From the NCBI GenBank assembly GCA_964383485.1, contig CAYLHM010000001.1:1-46979 (forward strand): a DNA stretch of 46,979 nucleotides. The letters run 5' to 3'. Below the pieces are notes generated by a model. The model was not told where the DNA came from and searched no databases. It was given only the letters and a program-made list of their open reading frames with translations. The position numbers were made by a program, and so were the translations under genes. Numbering within the stretch: the stretch's first letter is position 1; every line of letters starts with the position of its first letter. The stretch is from an uncultured Oscillospiraceae bacterium (GTDB lineage Bacteria > Bacillota > Clostridia > Oscillospirales > Oscillospiraceae). Positions 37,667-46,867 of this stretch are shown piece after piece.

Positions 37667-39361
37667 ATGAATTATATGGATCGTTATCAATCCTGGCTGG
37701 ATGCCCATCTGCCGGAGGATGTTCAGGCGGAGCTGTTGGCTGTGGCGCAGGACGAGGAGGAGCTGAAAGGCCGCTTCGGTAGCGACCTGCAGTTCGGCAC
37801 TGCCGGTATGCGAGGTGTCATGGGCGCAGGCAGCAACCGCCTGAACCGCTATACGGTTCGCCGTGCCGCTCAGGGCATGGCCGCCTGGCTGTCCGGCACG
37901 GATCTCCCGCAGAAGGCTGCTATTGGCTACGATTCCCGGCATAATTCACGGCTTTTTGCCGAGGTTTGTGCCGTTGCCTTTGCGGAAGCCGGTATCCACA
38001 CCTGGCTGTATGACCGCCTGGCGCCCACGCCCATGCTGTCCTACGCTGTCCGGGAGCTGGGCTGCGGCTGCGGCATCGTGATTTCTGCCAGCCATAATGC
38101 CGGCGCTTACAACGGTGTCAAGTGCTACGGCCCCGACGGCTGCCAAATGACCGACGAGCCCGCCGCTATCGTCACGGATAAAATTGCGCAGATCCCGTAT
38201 TTTATTCCCGAAACCAAGACCTTTGCGGAGTACATGAGCGAGGGCTTGATCTCCTATATCCCCCAGAGCCTGTGGGAGAAGTATTACAATACGGTTCTTG
38301 CCGAGGCGGTGGAGCCGGAGCGCATTGCAAAAGCCGACCTGCACATCGTCTACACCCCCCTGTGCGGCACCGGCAACGAGCCTGTGCGCACGGTTCTGGG
38401 CCGTTTGGGCGTGCATATTCATGTGGTTTCCTGCCAGGAGAAGCCCGACGGGGACTTCAAGACCTGCGAATATCCCAACCCGGAAACCGATGCCGCTCTG
38501 AACGAGAGCTATAAGGTGGCATCTACCGTGCCCTGCGATGTCATTCTGGGCACCGACCCGGATGCCGACCGTGTGGCCATTGCTGTGCCGGAGGGCAGGG
38601 GATACCGCAAGCTGTCCGGCAACGAGCTGGGCTGCCTGCTGATGGACTACATTTTGAAGGCCCGCACAGAGCGCAAGGATCTTCCTCAGGGCGCCGAGGT
38701 GATCCGCAGCATTGTGTCCTCGCCTATGGCCGACCGCATCGCAGCCAACTACGGCGTGGCTATGAAAACCGTGCTGACCGGCTTTAAGTACATCGGCGGC
38801 GAAATTCTGGAGCTGGAGGGCAAGGGCCACAGCGACCGTTTCGTATTCGGCTTTGAAGAAAGCTGCGGCTACCTGAAGGGCACCTACGCCCGGGACAAGG
38901 ATGCTGTGGTGGCATCCATGCTGGTTTGTGAGCTGGCAGCTTCGCTGAAGCTCCAGGGCAAGACCATTCTGGATGCATTGAAGGAGCTGTACCAGCGCTA
39001 CGGCTACTATCTGGCCTATGTGCAGAGCATCGAGCTGAGCGGTGCAGATGCGATGCAAAAGGCGGCCAAGATGATGGCAGATCTGCGCTCCGATGTGCCC
39101 CAGAGCATCGGCGGGGCCAAGGTGACCATGGTGCGGGATTATAAAACCAGCCTTTCCACCGATCTTGCTACCGGCGTGCAGACCGGCATTGATCTGCCCA
39201 AGTCCAATGTGCTGGAGCTGGTCCTGGGCGACCGGGGCAGCGTGATCGCCCGTCCCTCCGGAACGGAGCCGAAGGTCAAGTTCTACTATACCGCCGTTGG
39301 TGACACCGAGCAGAGCGCCAATGAACTTCTGCAAGCTATGAAAACCCAGATGTCCAAGTAA
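37667..39361 (+). CDS. pgm: Phosphoglucomutase / phospho-sugar mutase
   Basis: FGTAGMRG, ISASHN, TDPDADR, GFEESCG, RPSGTEPK. Confidence 0.95.
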   Translation: MNYMDRYQSWLDAHLPEDVQAELLAVAQDEEELKGRFGSDLQFGTAGMRGVMGAGSNRLNRYTVRRAAQGMAAWLSGTDLPQKAAIGYDSRHNSRLFAEVCAVAFAEAGIHTWLYDRLAPTPMLSYAVRELGCGCGIVISASHNAGAYNGVKCYGPDGCQMTDEPAAIVTDKIAQIPYFIPETKTFAEYMSEGLISYIPQSLWEKYYNTVLAEAVEPERIAKADLHIVYTPLCGTGNEPVRTVLGRLGVHIHVVSCQEKPDGDFKTCEYPNPETDAALNESYKVASTVPCDVILGTDPDADRVAIAVPEGRGYRKLSGNELGCLLMDYILKARTERKDLPQGAEVIRSIVSSPMADRIAANYGVAMKTVLTGFKYIGGEILELEGKGHSDRFVFGFEESCGYLKGTYARDKDAVVASMLVCELAASLKLQGKTILDALKELYQRYGYYLAYVQSIELSGADAMQKAAKMMADLRSDVPQSIGGAKVTMVRDYKTSLSTDLATGVQTGIDLPKSNVLELVLGDRGSVIARPSGTEPKVKFYYTAVGDTEQSANELLQAMKTQMSK

Positions 39362-39368
39362 AATCATA

Positions 39369-39414
39369 GGGCCACCTCAAAAACCCAGCCGCATCTTCGT
39401 TTTTAGTGGCTCCC
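39369..39414. mobile_element. Collapsed MITE copy (family of 33711-33938)
   Basis: gggccacctcaaaaac...cgcatcttcgtttttagtggctccc, flanked by ATA. Confidence 0.6.
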
Positions 39415-39430
39415 ATAAATCATCCATACG

Positions 39431-39466
39431 GAACCGAAACAGCCTGTCTGTTTCGGTTCTTTTTTT
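39431..39466 (+). terminator. Rho-independent terminator after pgm
   Basis: gaaccgaaacag...ctgtttcggttc followed by a T-run. Confidence 0.85.
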
Positions 39467-39506
39467 GATCCGTGGTGAATAGCTTGTATCGAAGGGAGCG
39501 TGGCGT

Positions 39507-39935
39507 ATGAAGCGAACGGAAATTGGAAAACAGAACCCGGCCTCCGTCCCTGGCAGCATTGCTCTGGGTGCGGCGGTGAGCATGGGGGTGAGCCTGCTGG
39601 GGGCGGGCCTGGCAGGATATTTATTGCACCGGCAGACGATAGGGGAGGGGAGCATCCCTGCTGCGGCATTGGTGATCACCGCATTGGCATCGGTGCTGGG
39701 ATCCTGGCTTGCCGCCGCAAGAGCCGGGCGAATGCGGGTGCAGGTGTGCCTGCTGACCGGGCTTGCGTACTTTCTGCTCCTGCTGTCTATGACGGCGCTG
39801 TTCTTTGACGGACGCTATCAGGGGCTGGCATTGGGTGCGGGTGTCATTTTGGCCGGAAGCGCATTGCCCTGCCTTGCCATGCTGAAAGGAAAAAAAAGCA
39901 AAAAATGGAAAGCGCCAAAAAGGGCCTATCGTTAA
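39507..39935 (+). CDS. 4-TM membrane protein, TIGR04086-like
   Basis: Four hydrophobic segments and a basic C-terminal tail. Confidence 0.7.
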   Translation: MKRTEIGKQNPASVPGSIALGAAVSMGVSLLGAGLAGYLLHRQTIGEGSIPAAALVITALASVLGSWLAAARAGRMRVQVCLLTGLAYFLLLLSMTALFFDGRYQGLALGAGVILAGSALPCLAMLKGKKSKKWKAPKRAYR

Positions 39936-40165
39936 ATTGTACAAAAAGTGCCAGGAGGTAAGTGAAATTTACCTCACTTTTTCAAAATGCAGGAAATCCT
40001 GCATTTTCAATATTTAGTGCCGCCGCTTTTGACGGCGCACTAGATATTGAAAAATAGTTGAAAATGGTAAAGAAAATTTTTGGAGCGGTTTACGAGGTTG
40101 ACATAATGATGTTGACATAAAAATCGGCATAATTTACAAAAATTACATTTTTTCCATTTAGGGGC

Positions 40166-40194
40166 TTGAAATTTGCAAAAAAAGGGAGTATAGT
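40166..40194 (+). promoter_or_regulatory. Sigma-A-type promoter of the spoIIM-like/xerD operon
   Basis: TTGAAA -17- TATAGT. Confidence 0.6.
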
Positions 40195-40285
40195 ATGGGT
40201 GTTAAATGGTTCTGCGGATCATTATGCCCTTTCTGTGCTCCACCGAAAATTTTGTGAGTGACATAAAATCGGGGAGGTACAAAAG

Positions 40286-40801
40286 TTGCGAGGCATCAAT
40301 ATTCAAAAGAATTTGGCTTTTTTATCATGCAAGACCTGCACCCTTGCCCTTCTCTGGCTTGGGGGTCTGGGGGCAGGTTTTCTGTTCAGCCGTTGTGCGA
40401 GTGATACATTACTTTGCCTGATGCGCCAGGCGCCCCTGTGCCCGGTGTCGATCGTTTGGAGGCTCGCCTACAACGCCCTACCTTTTCTGATTGCCGCATT
40501 TGCGGTTTCGATTTCCAGCCACCGGCTGCTCTATGCGCTGTGCTGGGTCAAGATCTTTTTGTTCAGCAGCTTTGCATTTTCCTCTGTGGCCGCCTTTGGC
40601 TCCGCCGCTTGGCTGGTTCGGCTGCTCCTGCAATTCTCCGATCTCTGCCTGCTGCCGGTGCTGTACTGGTTCGCCGGCAGACAGCTGGAGCAGGGCAGGC
40701 TGGCAAGGGATCTGGGCATCTGCCTGGCGATTGCATCCTTGGTTGGAGCCGTGGATCAGAGCTGCATCGCACCGTTTTTGATGGCAATCATAGAACAGTA
40801 G
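40286..40801 (+). CDS. Membrane protein, SpoIIM-like by position and topology
   Basis: TTG start after ggggagg; about 5 TM segments; directly upstream of xerD, as in the Firmicutes spoIIM-xerD arrangement. Confidence 0.6.
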   Translation: MRGINIQKNLAFLSCKTCTLALLWLGGLGAGFLFSRCASDTLLCLMRQAPLCPVSIVWRLAYNALPFLIAAFAVSISSHRLLYALCWVKIFLFSSFAFSSVAAFGSAAWLVRLLLQFSDLCLLPVLYWFAGRQLEQGRLARDLGICLAIASLVGAVDQSCIAPFLMAIIEQ

Positions 40802-40818
40802 GAAGGTACGCTATATTC

Positions 40819-41703
40819 ATGTTGGATCTTGTCGGCGCCTATGAAAATTACCTTTCCAAGGTAAAACAGGCATCTGCCAACACCATTGCATCTTACCTCC
40901 GGGATGTCCGCCAGTTTTCCGACTGGCTCCGGGAGCATGAGGATCTGGATATCGTAGATGCGGAACAAGTGAATATCAGCGACTACCTGAGCCATTTGGA
41001 GTCGGAGGGCCGGTCTGCGGCTACGGTTTCCCGGAGCCTTGCCAGCCTGAAGAACTTCTACAGCTATGTGGTTTCGTCGGGCTTTTTGGACAAGACCCCC
41101 ATCACGGATATCCGGGTGGATCGGGGCGAAAAAAAGCTCCCCCAGATCCTCACCGGCCGGGAGATCGAGCAGCTCTTGGCGCAGCCTGCCGCCGTAGACC
41201 CTAAGGGCATCCGGGACAAGGCTATGCTGGAGGTTATGTACGCCACGGGTATGCGTGTTTCCGAGCTGATCGACTTGGATTTGGACGATGTGAACCTGGA
41301 TCTGGGCATTGTTCGCTGCAATGGGACCAAAAAATCCCGCTCCATTCCCATCTATCCGGAGGCGCTCCGTGCGCTGTCTGCCTACATCTATGATGTCCGG
41401 CAGGGCATGATCGCTGACCCCAACGAACGGGCCTTGTTCGTGAATATCAACGGCTCCCGCATGAGCCGCCAGGGCTTCTGGAAGCTCCTGAAGCACTATC
41501 AGGCGGCCGCCCACATTGAAAAGGAGATCACGCCCCACACCCTGCGCCACAGCTTTGCGGTGCATCTGCTGGAAAACGGTGCGGATCTGGATTCCCTCCA
41601 GGAGCTGATGGGCCACTGCGATATTTCCTCCACCCAGATGTACACCCAGATGGTGAACCAGAAGCTCCGTGCAGTGTACGCAAAATGCCACCCCAAAGCC
41701 TGA
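40819..41703 (+). CDS. xerD: Site-specific tyrosine recombinase XerD (RipX)
   Basis: SANTIASYLRD, RDKAMLEVMYATGMRVSEL, SRQGFWK, TPHTLRHSFAVHLLENGADL, MGH..ISSTQMY. Confidence 0.93.
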   Translation: MLDLVGAYENYLSKVKQASANTIASYLRDVRQFSDWLREHEDLDIVDAEQVNISDYLSHLESEGRSAATVSRSLASLKNFYSYVVSSGFLDKTPITDIRVDRGEKKLPQILTGREIEQLLAQPAAVDPKGIRDKAMLEVMYATGMRVSELIDLDLDDVNLDLGIVRCNGTKKSRSIPIYPEALRALSAYIYDVRQGMIADPNERALFVNINGSRMSRQGFWKLLKHYQAAAHIEKEITPHTLRHSFAVHLLENGADLDSLQELMGHCDISSTQMYTQMVNQKLRAVYAKCHPKA

Positions 41704-41710
41704 ATATCAA

Positions 41711-41742
41711 AAAACCTGGCGGCCAAGCGGTCGCCAGGTTTT
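41711..41742. terminator. Bidirectional terminator between xerD and pfkA
   Basis: aaaacctggcggcc-aagc-ggtcgccaggtttt. Confidence 0.8.
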
Positions 41743-41799
41743 CCGTATAAAAGGGAAGTGTATAGATGTGACCATAAGAAATGGCCGGGGAAGTTCCGA

Positions 41800-42771
41800 T
41801 CAGATGCCGGTCATAGCCGCCAGGACATCCACTTCCATCTGCTGAATGCCCTTTTTCATTGCCAGGCCTTCTTCCATGTCCACATCGGTGAAGCCGCCCT
41901 CGTGGGTGCATACGATCCGATTGGATTTGCCCTGGAGCAGCAGCTCCACAGCCAGATAGCCCATTTTCGTGGCGTTGACTCGATCCCGGCCCGTAGGCGT
42001 TCCGCCCCGCTGGATATGGCCCAGCACGGTCACCCGGGGATCCAAATCAATCGTGTCCTTGATTCTGGCGGCGATGTCCGCCGCAGAGCCTGCGCCTTCC
42101 GCCACCACGATCATGTAGTGGGTGAAGCCGTTGAGCCGGGCCTGGCGGATCTTCTCGATTACATCCTGCTCAAAGTCGATGGGCTCCTCCGGCACCAGGA
42201 CGGCTGTTGCGCCCACGGCCAGGCCCACATACATAGCCAGGTATCCGGCGTTGCGGCCCATCACCTCCACCACGGAGCAGCGCTCGTGGGACTGCATGGT
42301 ATCCCGCAGCTTGTCGATGCACTCAATAGCGGTGTTGGCAGCGGTATCGAAGCCGATGCAGTAGTTGGTGCAGCTGATGTCGTTGTCGATGGTTCCGGGA
42401 ATGCCGATGACATTGATGCCCCAGCGGCTCAATGCCTGGGCGCCCCGGAAGGTTCCGTCGCCGCCGATGGCGATGATGCCGTCCAGCCCCAGAAATTTGC
42501 ACATGGAAACCGCCTTGTGCTGGCCTTCCTCTGTCATAAATTCCTTGCTCCGGGCGGTATATAGGATGGTGCCGCCACGGTTGATGATGTGGGCCACGCT
42601 GCGCTCGTCCAGTTTCACCACATCGCCGGCGATCAGACCGTTCCAGCCGCGGCGAATGCCGTAGCACTCAATTCCATGGTACATGGCGGTACGCACCACC
42701 GCACGGACGCATGGATTCATGCCGGGGGCATCGCCGCCGCTGGTCAGCACACCAATTCTTTTGATGCTCAT
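41800..42771 (-). CDS. pfkA: ATP-dependent 6-phosphofructokinase
   Basis: LTSGGDAPGMN, GGDG, PGTIDND, EVMGR, LGHIQRGG. Confidence 0.98.
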   Translation of the reverse strand: MSIKRIGVLTSGGDAPGMNPCVRAVVRTAMYHGIECYGIRRGWNGLIAGDVVKLDERSVAHIINRGGTILYTARSKEFMTEEGQHKAVSMCKFLGLDGIIAIGGDGTFRGAQALSRWGINVIGIPGTIDNDISCTNYCIGFDTAANTAIECIDKLRDTMQSHERCSVVEVMGRNAGYLAMYVGLAVGATAVLVPEEPIDFEQDVIEKIRQARLNGFTHYMIVVAEGAGSAADIAARIKDTIDLDPRVTVLGHIQRGGTPTGRDRVNATKMGYLAVELLLQGKSNRIVCTHEGGFTDVDMEEGLAMKKGIQQMEVDVLAAMTGI

Positions 42772-42903
42772 GGGAAATTCCTCCTTGTTTTTTCGTATTT
42801 ATTCTATGTATATTCTACCCCCAAACTGCAAAAATGTAAAGTAGATTTTTGTTGCATACGGGGCCGAAACATGGTATAATATTCCTATAGTGGGGGGAGT
42901 GCT

Positions 42904-43353
42904 ATGGAAATCGGAGAAATGCCGCTGACAGAAACTCTGATGCAGCAGCTTTTGGAGATGTCTGTCCTGTGGGAGCAGGAGCAGAGCTGCTATGGCTATC
43001 GCCGCAACACCCCGGAGGATCTGCAGGGCCGGCGTGTGTTCGTTGCCGGCCACGAGGGACATATCCTGGGTTATTTGTTCGGGCAATGCACCCACAGCAA
43101 GAATGCCCGCTCCATCATGCCCGACGGCACGCCTTATTTCGAGCTGGAGGAGCTGTTTGTCCTGCGGTCGCATCGCGCCAAGGGCATCGGCAAGGCTCTT
43201 TTCCGGGCAGCTGAGGAGACTTTGCGGCAGGAGAAAATCGGCTGCATCATGCTCAGCACCGCCAGTAAAAACTTCCGGGCGATCCTGCATTTTTATATCG
43301 AAGAACTGGATATGCAGCTCTGGAGCGCCCGGCTGTATAAAAATATCCTGTAA
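42904..43353 (+). CDS. GNAT-family N-acetyltransferase
   Basis: LFVLRSHRAKGIGKALF (motif A). Confidence 0.88.
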   Translation: MEIGEMPLTETLMQQLLEMSVLWEQEQSCYGYRRNTPEDLQGRRVFVAGHEGHILGYLFGQCTHSKNARSIMPDGTPYFELEELFVLRSHRAKGIGKALFRAAEETLRQEKIGCIMLSTASKNFRAILHFYIEELDMQLWSARLYKNIL

Positions 43354-43374
43354 AATCTTAGGAGGGAATGGATT

Positions 43375-43980
43375 ATGAATACCAAAGCAATGTATAAGCT
43401 GTCCTATGGTCTGTTTATTCTCACAGCCAGGGAAGGGGAGCGGGACAACGGCTGCATCATCAACACCGTGACCCAGGTCACCTCCGAGCCAAATCGGATC
43501 ACCATCGCCGTGAACAAGAACAACCTGACCCACGACATGATCAGCCGCACCGGGGTCTTTAATGTGTCCATTTTGACCAACAGCGTCCAATTCGACACCG
43601 TCAAGCACTGGGGCTTCCAGAGCGGGCGGGACACCGACAAAATGGAGGAAATTTCCATCTCCAGATCCGAAAACGGCCTGGTGTATATCGCCCAGGAATG
43701 CAACGCCTATATCAGCGCCAAGGTGATCTCCGCCACCGATCTGGGCAGCCACACCCTGTTTCTGGCCGATGTGACCGATGCGGAGCTGCTGTCCGACGAG
43801 GAGTCGGTGACTTACAGCTATTACCAGAAGCATATTAAGAATGCGGCACCCAAAACGGCCACCAAGGGCTTCATCTGCACCGTCTGCGGTTATATTTACG
43901 AGGGCGATGTGCTGCCCGCCGACTTCATCTGCCCCTGGTGCAACCACCCTGCCAGCGATTTTGTGCCGCTCACCGACTGA
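43375..43980 (+). CDS. Flavin reductase-like protein with C-terminal rubredoxin domain
   Basis: LSYGLF, NGCIINT, GFQSGRD, GSHTLF; CTVCGYIY...CPWC. Confidence 0.92.
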   Translation: MNTKAMYKLSYGLFILTAREGERDNGCIINTVTQVTSEPNRITIAVNKNNLTHDMISRTGVFNVSILTNSVQFDTVKHWGFQSGRDTDKMEEISISRSENGLVYIAQECNAYISAKVISATDLGSHTLFLADVTDAELLSDEESVTYSYYQKHIKNAAPKTATKGFICTVCGYIYEGDVLPADFICPWCNHPASDFVPLTD

Positions 43981-44096
43981 TGTCTGATGTAAAGTTTCAG
44001 TAAATTTTAATCGATATATCTTGACTTTTTCACTTTTATCCTGTATGATATGGGTCAGAGATCCAAAATAAATAACAATAACAGGAGGAAAACATT

Positions 44097-44861
44097 ATGG
44101 CAAGATTAGACGGGAAAGTGGTCATTGTGACCGGGGGCAACTCCGGCGTTGGCGAAGCGGCGGCTCTGCTGCTGGCCAGCGAGGGCGCCAAGGTGGTCAT
44201 CAGCGCACGCAGAGAGGCCCAGCTCCAGGCGGTGGCCGAGAAGATCCGTGCAGCCGGCGGCGAGGCTCTGCCGGTGGTCTGCGACATCTCGAAACCGGAG
44301 GATGCCAAGCATCTGGTGGAAACCGCAGTCAGCACCTATGGCAAGCTGGATGTGATGGTCAACAACGCAGGCGTTCTGGAGGCCGGGCTGAAGCCCATCG
44401 ACCGGGTGGAGGATGCCGACATGGAGAAGGTCATCTCCATCAACGAAAAGGGCACCATGTACTGCATTCGGGAGGCTTCCAAGGTCATGCGGGAGGCCAA
44501 CAGCGGCTCCATTGTCAATGTGGCATCTGTCGCCGGTGTGCTGGGCTGCGGCGGCGCTGCCTATGTAGCCACCAAGGCGGCCATCGTGGGCCTGACCCGG
44601 CACACTGCTATGCGCTTTGCCGGTACGGGCATTCGCTGCAACGCCGTCTGCCCCGGCAATATCCTCACCCCCATGACCATGAGCAGCAATCCGGCGGATA
44701 TGGATTCCGATATGATGGGTCAGATGTATAAACACGCCGACCTGCGGATCCACCCCTGCCGCCCGGAGGATGTGGCAAAGGTTATTTTGTTCTTAGCCAG
44801 CGATGACTCCGCTGCCATCACCGGGCAGGCCATCATCACCGACTTCGGCGCAAACCTGTAA
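44097..44861 (+). CDS. Short-chain dehydrogenase/reductase (classical SDR)
   Basis: TGGNSGVG, NNAG, YVATK, NAVCPG; own TTGACT-17-TATGAT promoter. Confidence 0.93.
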   Translation: MARLDGKVVIVTGGNSGVGEAAALLLASEGAKVVISARREAQLQAVAEKIRAAGGEALPVVCDISKPEDAKHLVETAVSTYGKLDVMVNNAGVLEAGLKPIDRVEDADMEKVISINEKGTMYCIREASKVMREANSGSIVNVASVAGVLGCGGAAYVATKAAIVGLTRHTAMRFAGTGIRCNAVCPGNILTPMTMSSNPADMDSDMMGQMYKHADLRIHPCRPEDVAKVILFLASDDSAAITGQAIITDFGANL

Positions 44862-44871
44862 ACACAAAGCA

Positions 44872-44911
44872 AGCGGCGAATCCCCAATTTGGAGGTTCGC
44901 CGCTGTTTTTT
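44872..44911. terminator. Terminator hairpin between convergent genes
   Basis: agcggcgaatccccaa/ttggaggttcgccgct followed by a T-run. Confidence 0.7.
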
Positions 44912-45641
44912 ATTGCTTCTTCATCTGATGTAAAAAGGCCAGCACTGCCGCCAACAGGACTGCGAGAGCATATCCAAGCACCCAATAGAGGTGGGGGAAT
45001 ATCTCTCCAAATTCACCGTTCAGCACCGTCTGCTCCAGGGTCACGGCGTGGGAAAAGGGGAGCAGGTCTGCCATTTTTTGGAACCAGCCGCCCACCAACT
45101 CCAGGTCGAACCAGATGCCGGACAGCCAGGCGCTGAGGTTGGTGAGCAGGGCGCCGCAGATGCCGCCCACCTGCTTGACACTCAGGATACTGCCGCAGAA
45201 CAGCCCCAGGGCGATGAAAAACAGGGCCGTGGGCAGGAGCAGCAGCAGGGCATAGACCATGTTCACCGTGACCTCCAGGCCCATGGCAACGGCCGCCAAA
45301 TAGCAAATCAGGCCTTGCGCCAGGGCGATGGGCAGCAGGGGCAGAATGTAGCCCAGAATAAAATCCCAGGCCGTCAGCGGCGTGGTGTACAGCCGCTGCA
45401 GCAGAGCGCTTTCCCGGTCTTTGGACACCAGTGTGGCGGAAAACAGTGCCATAAAGGACAGGCCGAACACCGTGATGCCGGGGGTCAGCCGCCGAAGCTC
45501 AAATAGCTGCACCGGAATATTGGCCTGAATGGCAGAGAGCAGCAGGAGCAGAACCAGGGGAAAGCCCAGCCCAAAGCCCAAATTCAGGGGATCCCGCAGG
45601 ATTTCCTTTGCGGTTCTGATGGAAAAGGTACGCAGTCTCAC
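44910..45641 (-). CDS. ABC-2 type exporter permease
   Basis: KEILRDP, LQRLYTTPL, LSGIWF, LLPFSHAV; GTG start overlaps the ATPase stop. Confidence 0.9.
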   Translation of the reverse strand: MRLRTFSIRTAKEILRDPLNLGFGLGFPLVLLLLLSAIQANIPVQLFELRRLTPGITVFGLSFMALFSATLVSKDRESALLQRLYTTPLTAWDFILGYILPLLPIALAQGLICYLAAVAMGLEVTVNMVYALLLLLPTALFFIALGLFCGSILSVKQVGGICGALLTNLSAWLSGIWFDLELVGGWFQKMADLLPFSHAVTLEQTVLNGEFGEIFPHLYWVLGYALAVLLAAVLAFLHQMKKQ

Positions 45642-46366
45642 GCTTTTTCCCCCTTTACAATGGCAATAAAGGCATCCTCCAGCTTGGCCGTGCCGGTCTG
45701 GGCCATGAGCTGCTCCACCGTACCCAGGGCCAGCAAATGCCCGTCCTTCATAATGCCCACATGATCCGCCAGGGCCTCCGCCTCCTCCATATAATGGGTG
45801 GTCAGCACCATGGTGATCCGTCCTTTCAGGCTGCGGATCAGATCCCACAGTTCACTCCTGGCCAGCACATCCAGGCCCAGGGTCGGCTCGTCCAGGAACA
45901 GGATCTCCGGCTCGCTGATGAGGGCCATGGCGATGCTGAGCCTGCGCTGCCAGCCGCCGGAGAGCTTCCCGGCTTTTTTATTGCGCATAGCCGTCAAATC
46001 AAACTGCTCCAAAAGCTGTGTGACCTTTTCACGGGTGCGGGCCTTGGAAAAGCGGTGAATGCCGCACATCAGGCGGAGATTTTCTTCCACGCTGAGGTTG
46101 GGTGCGACAGCCGTGTCCTGGGGCGACACGCCGATGATGGCCTTCACCTGGGCGGTGTCTGTGAGAATGCTGTGGCCGTTGAGCAGGGCATCGCCGCCGC
46201 TGGGGCGGGTGAGACAGGAGAGCATTTTCACCGTGGTGGTCTTGCCGGCGCCGTTTACCCCCAGCAGAGAGAACAGCTCGCCCTGCTCCACGGAAAGCTC
46301 TAAACCGTCCACAGCCCGCAGGCTGCCGTAGTTTTTCGTCAATGCCGAGATTTGAATAGAGGTCAT
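45638..46366 (-). CDS. ABC exporter ATP-binding protein
   Basis: GVNGAGKTT, LSGGWQRR, LDEPT, TTHYMEEA. Confidence 0.95.
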   Translation of the reverse strand: MTSIQISALTKNYGSLRAVDGLELSVEQGELFSLLGVNGAGKTTTVKMLSCLTRPSGGDALLNGHSILTDTAQVKAIIGVSPQDTAVAPNLSVEENLRLMCGIHRFSKARTREKVTQLLEQFDLTAMRNKKAGKLSGGWQRRLSIAMALISEPEILFLDEPTLGLDVLARSELWDLIRSLKGRITMVLTTHYMEEAEALADHVGIMKDGHLLALGTVEQLMAQTGTAKLEDAFIAIVKGEKA

Positions 46367-46377
46367 AGGCAGGCTCC

Positions 46378-46800
46378 TTAGTCCCTGGTGGCACGGTGAA
46401 TTTCTTCTACCATGCGCATAAACTGTTTTTCGTTGACCAGCGCCAGGCCCTGGCTTTCGTCCCCCAGCAGGATCACCCGGTCGCCCTTTTGAATGTGGAA
46501 CAGCTCTCTGGCCTTTTTGGGAATGATGATCTGTCCTTTGTCGCCCACCGTGACAGTGCCGAACAAGTGCTTGCCCTTGGGCGGCACCGGCAGGCCCTGC
46601 TCCTGCTGGGAGTGGTTCACCAGGTCATCCAGGGTCACATTGTAAAGCTGGGCCAGCCTTTGACATTTTTCCACATCTGGGATCGTTTCGCCGTTTTCCC
46701 ACTTGCCAAGGGCCTGGCGGGATACGCCGATTTCAGCGGCGACCGCCTCCTGGGAAAGTCCGCTGAGCCGGCGCAAGGTCTGTAAATTTTCGCTGAGCAA
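46378..46800 (-). CDS. XRE-type HTH regulator fused to an AbrB/MazE-type domain
   Basis: LSQEAVAAEIGVSRQALGKWENGETIPD followed by VTVGDKGQIIIPKKARE. Confidence 0.9.
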   Translation of the reverse strand: MLSENLQTLRRLSGLSQEAVAAEIGVSRQALGKWENGETIPDVEKCQRLAQLYNVTLDDLVNHSQQEQGLPVPPKGKHLFGTVTVGDKGQIIIPKKARELFHIQKGDRVILLGDESQGLALVNEKQFMRMVEEIHRATRD

Positions 46801-46819
46801 GGAAATTCACCCGCTTTCT

Positions 46820-46867
46820 GTTGGTTTTATGTATATTATAAGATCATTTACGCCGTTGTCAACCAAC
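46820..46867 (-). promoter_or_regulatory. Sigma-A-type promoter bracketed by the inverted repeat GTTGGTT/AACCAAC
   Basis: Minus-strand TTGACA (46857-46862) -16- TATAAT (46835-46840). Confidence 0.7.

Noticed and set aside
40097-40130. Complete dif site
   Set aside because: Arms are in direct orientation and no XerC arm lies at 6-bp spacing; kept only as half-sites
40414-41703. Tyrosine recombinase as a phage or ICE integrase, including the 429-aa extended ORF
   Set aside because: Sequence and context match housekeeping XerD; the extension overlaps the upstream membrane gene; no mobile cargo
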